The notes beneath the pieces are model-generated. The model ran no database searches. It was not told the DNA's origin and saw only the letters and a program-made list of their open reading frames with translations. From NCBI RefSeq assembly GCF_004010195.1, contig NC_057754.1, positions 7,062,885 to 7,124,213 on the forward strand: a DNA stretch of 61,329 nt, in the 5' to 3' direction. A program made the translations under genes and the position numbers. Positions 59,115 through 61,329 of this stretch are shown here, in pieces; the stretch's first letter is position 1, and every line of letters starts with the position of its first letter. Source of the stretch: Chiloscyllium plagiosum. Taxonomy: Eukaryota.

Positions 59115-60340
59115 GCAACAGGTCCTTTGGTCCAACCCGTCCACGCCACCCAGATATCCCAACCTAATTCAGTCCCACCTGCCAGCCCCCAGCCCATATC
59201 CCTCCAAACCCTTCCTATTCATATACCCATCCAGATGCCTTTTAAATGTTGCCATTGTACCAGCCTCCACCACTTCCTCTGGCAGCTCATTCCATACACG
59301 TACCACCCTCCGTGTGANNNNNNNNNNNNNNNNNNNNNNNNNNNNNNNNNNNNNNNNNNNNNNNNNNNNNNNNNNNNNNNNNNNNNNNNNNNNNNNNNNN
59401 NNNNNNNNNNNNNNNNNNNNNNNNNNNNNNNNNNNNNNNNNNNNNNNNNNNNNNNNNNNNNNNNNNNNNNNNNNNNNNNNNNNNNNNNNNNNNNNNNNNN
59501 NNNNNNNNNNNNNNNNNGCCTTCTTCACTATCCTATCTACCTGTGACTCCACTTTCAAGGAGCTATGAACCCGCACTCCAAGGTCTCTTTGTTCAGCAAC
59601 ACTCCCCAGGACCTTACCATTAAGTGTATAAGTCCTGCTAAGATTTGCTTTCCTAAAATGCAGCACCTCACATTTATCTAAATTAAATTCCATCTGCCAC
59701 TCCTCAGCCCATTGGCCCATTTGATCAAGATCCTGTTGTAATCTGAGGTCACCTTCTTCGCTGTCCACTACACCTCCAATTTTGGAGTCATTTGCAAACT
59801 TACTAACTGTACCTCTCATGCTCACATCCAAAATCATTTATATAAATGAAGAAAAGTAGAGGGCCCAGCACCGATCCTTGTGGCACTCCACTGGTCACAG
59901 GCCTTCAGTCAAACAACCCTCCTACACCACCCTCTGTCTTCTACCTTTGAGCCAGTTCTGTATCCAAATGGCTAGTTCTCCCTGTATTCCATGAGATCTA
60001 ACCTTGCTAATCAGTCTCCCACGGGGAACCTTGAAGTCCATGTACAATACATCTACCACTCTGCCCTCATCAATCCTCTTCGTTACTTCTTCCAAAAAAC
60101 TCAATCAAGTTTGTGAGACATGATTTCCCACACACGAAGCCATGTTGACTATCCATAATCAGTCCTTGCCTTTCCAAAAACATGTACATCCTGTCCCTCA
60201 GGATCCCCTCCAACAACTTGTCCACCATCGAGGTCAGGCTCACCGGTCTATAGTTCCCTGGCTTGTCCTTACCACCTTTGTTAAATAGTGGCACATTAGC
60301 CAACCTCCAGTCTTCCGGCACATTACCAGTGACTATTCTC
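59115..60340 (-). mobile_element. CR1 RT and 3' end, containing a 200-N gap (59318-59517)
   Basis: PEDWRLANV, DSQHGFVCGKSCLTNL, KFANDSKIGG. Confidence 0.92.
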
Positions 60341-60924
60341 AAAAGTTCATCTATCCTGATGCCACACAAGTGCCATCCTTCCATAATCCACGGCTAGATC
60401 CTCAAACAAGGAGTTATGAAGCCGATGACCACATAGCATCTAACTGGGACTCTTTCCAAACATTCCACAACCACAATGCCTGTGCCAAATCAGAAGTGCA
60501 CATCCACAAGGATGACCAGAGGCTAAAGCAAGACCCTAATCCAACATGTAGGAATGACTTTAGATCTGGCTTTGCCTTTTTTGGAACAAAGTTGAGGCAA
60601 GTGACTGAGCTGCACTTGGAACTGCAGCCCCAATGCTCCACACCTCGCAGTTGTCCCGCGACAGTACTGTGCTCCAGCAAGGGCATCCGCATACACACAT
60701 CTTCTGGACACAACTGATTGCAACAATACACGTCATTACTGGATGTCTTTGCTTACCAGGTGTCCCGACGCTCCCAACCCTCGCAAGCGTCACTCCCCAA
60801 CACCTCCTACCGACTGATGGAAACCCACAAGCTGGTGGAGGGCTGCGCCTACCCACCCCAACAATATCTGCTCAACTCACCGACTCGATACTTTCCATCT
60901 TGCCATATGGAGCGATCCAATAAA

Positions 60925-61182
60925 GTCAGAGATGTACAGCACGGAAACAGGCCCCTCCGTCCAACTCATCCATGCCAACCAGATATCCGAAATTAATCTA
61001 GTACCATTTGACAGCACTTGGCCCATAGCCCTCCAAACCCTTCCTGTCATTGTACCAGCCTCCACCACATCCTCTGGTAGCTCATTCCATACACACACCA
61101 ACCGCTGCGTGAAAACATTGCCCCTTAGGTCTTTTTTATATCTTCCCCTGCTCACCTTAAACCTATGCCCTCTCATTCTGGA
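60925..61182 (-). mobile_element. CR1 3' end
   Basis: RMRGHRFKV...VWNELPEDVVEAG. Confidence 0.88.
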
Positions 61183-61237
61183 CAGCACACCGCCTTCCCC
61201 ACAAGGGGAGACCCCCAACACCTCACGCACCCTCCTT

Positions 61238-61329
61238 CCTTGCCCACAAACACAGACCCGCCCCTTGCCCACAAACAGACCCGCCCCCTTTGCCCACAAA
61301 CACAGACCCGCCCCTTGCCCACAAACACA
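61238..61329. repeat. ~26-bp tandem repeat (CTTGCCCACAAACACAGACCCGCCCC), truncated by the window end
   Basis: About 3.5 units read directly. Confidence 0.9.

Overview
Repeat-rich vertebrate genomic DNA, almost certainly from a shark. The evidence is HE1/V-SINE-type SINEs, shark-type CR1 LINEs and a dispersed ~72-bp satellite; the taxon is an inference. The only recognisable host gene is a WDR26-family gene (CTLH/GID E3-ligase subunit) on the minus strand. I mapped coding exons 2-13 base by base: all are GT-AG with consistent phases. A probable tiny last coding exon lies at 6649-6653, and a putative ~4.5-kb 3'UTR ends near AATAAA at 2182-2187. Exon 1 is not visible. The rest is decayed CR1, SINE, Penelope and Gypsy sequence, a solo-LTR family, minisatellites and three N gaps. 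Points worth a second look: (1) intron 8 is ~98% a near-perfect 30-bp array and is an open, frame-preserving 1295-codon bridge between exons 8 and 9; (2) a 32-bp array multiplies the exon-9 donor site; (3) intron 10 holds a candidate poison or alternative terminal exon; (4) Penelope-borne minimal hammerhead ribozyme motifs lie on the pre-mRNA strand; (5) a ~100-copy 12-mer sits in the putative 3'UTR; (6) the gene may be a divergent WDR26 paralog. I see no convincing wholly new biological system. The giant ORFs in the track are translations of tandem repeats or N gaps.
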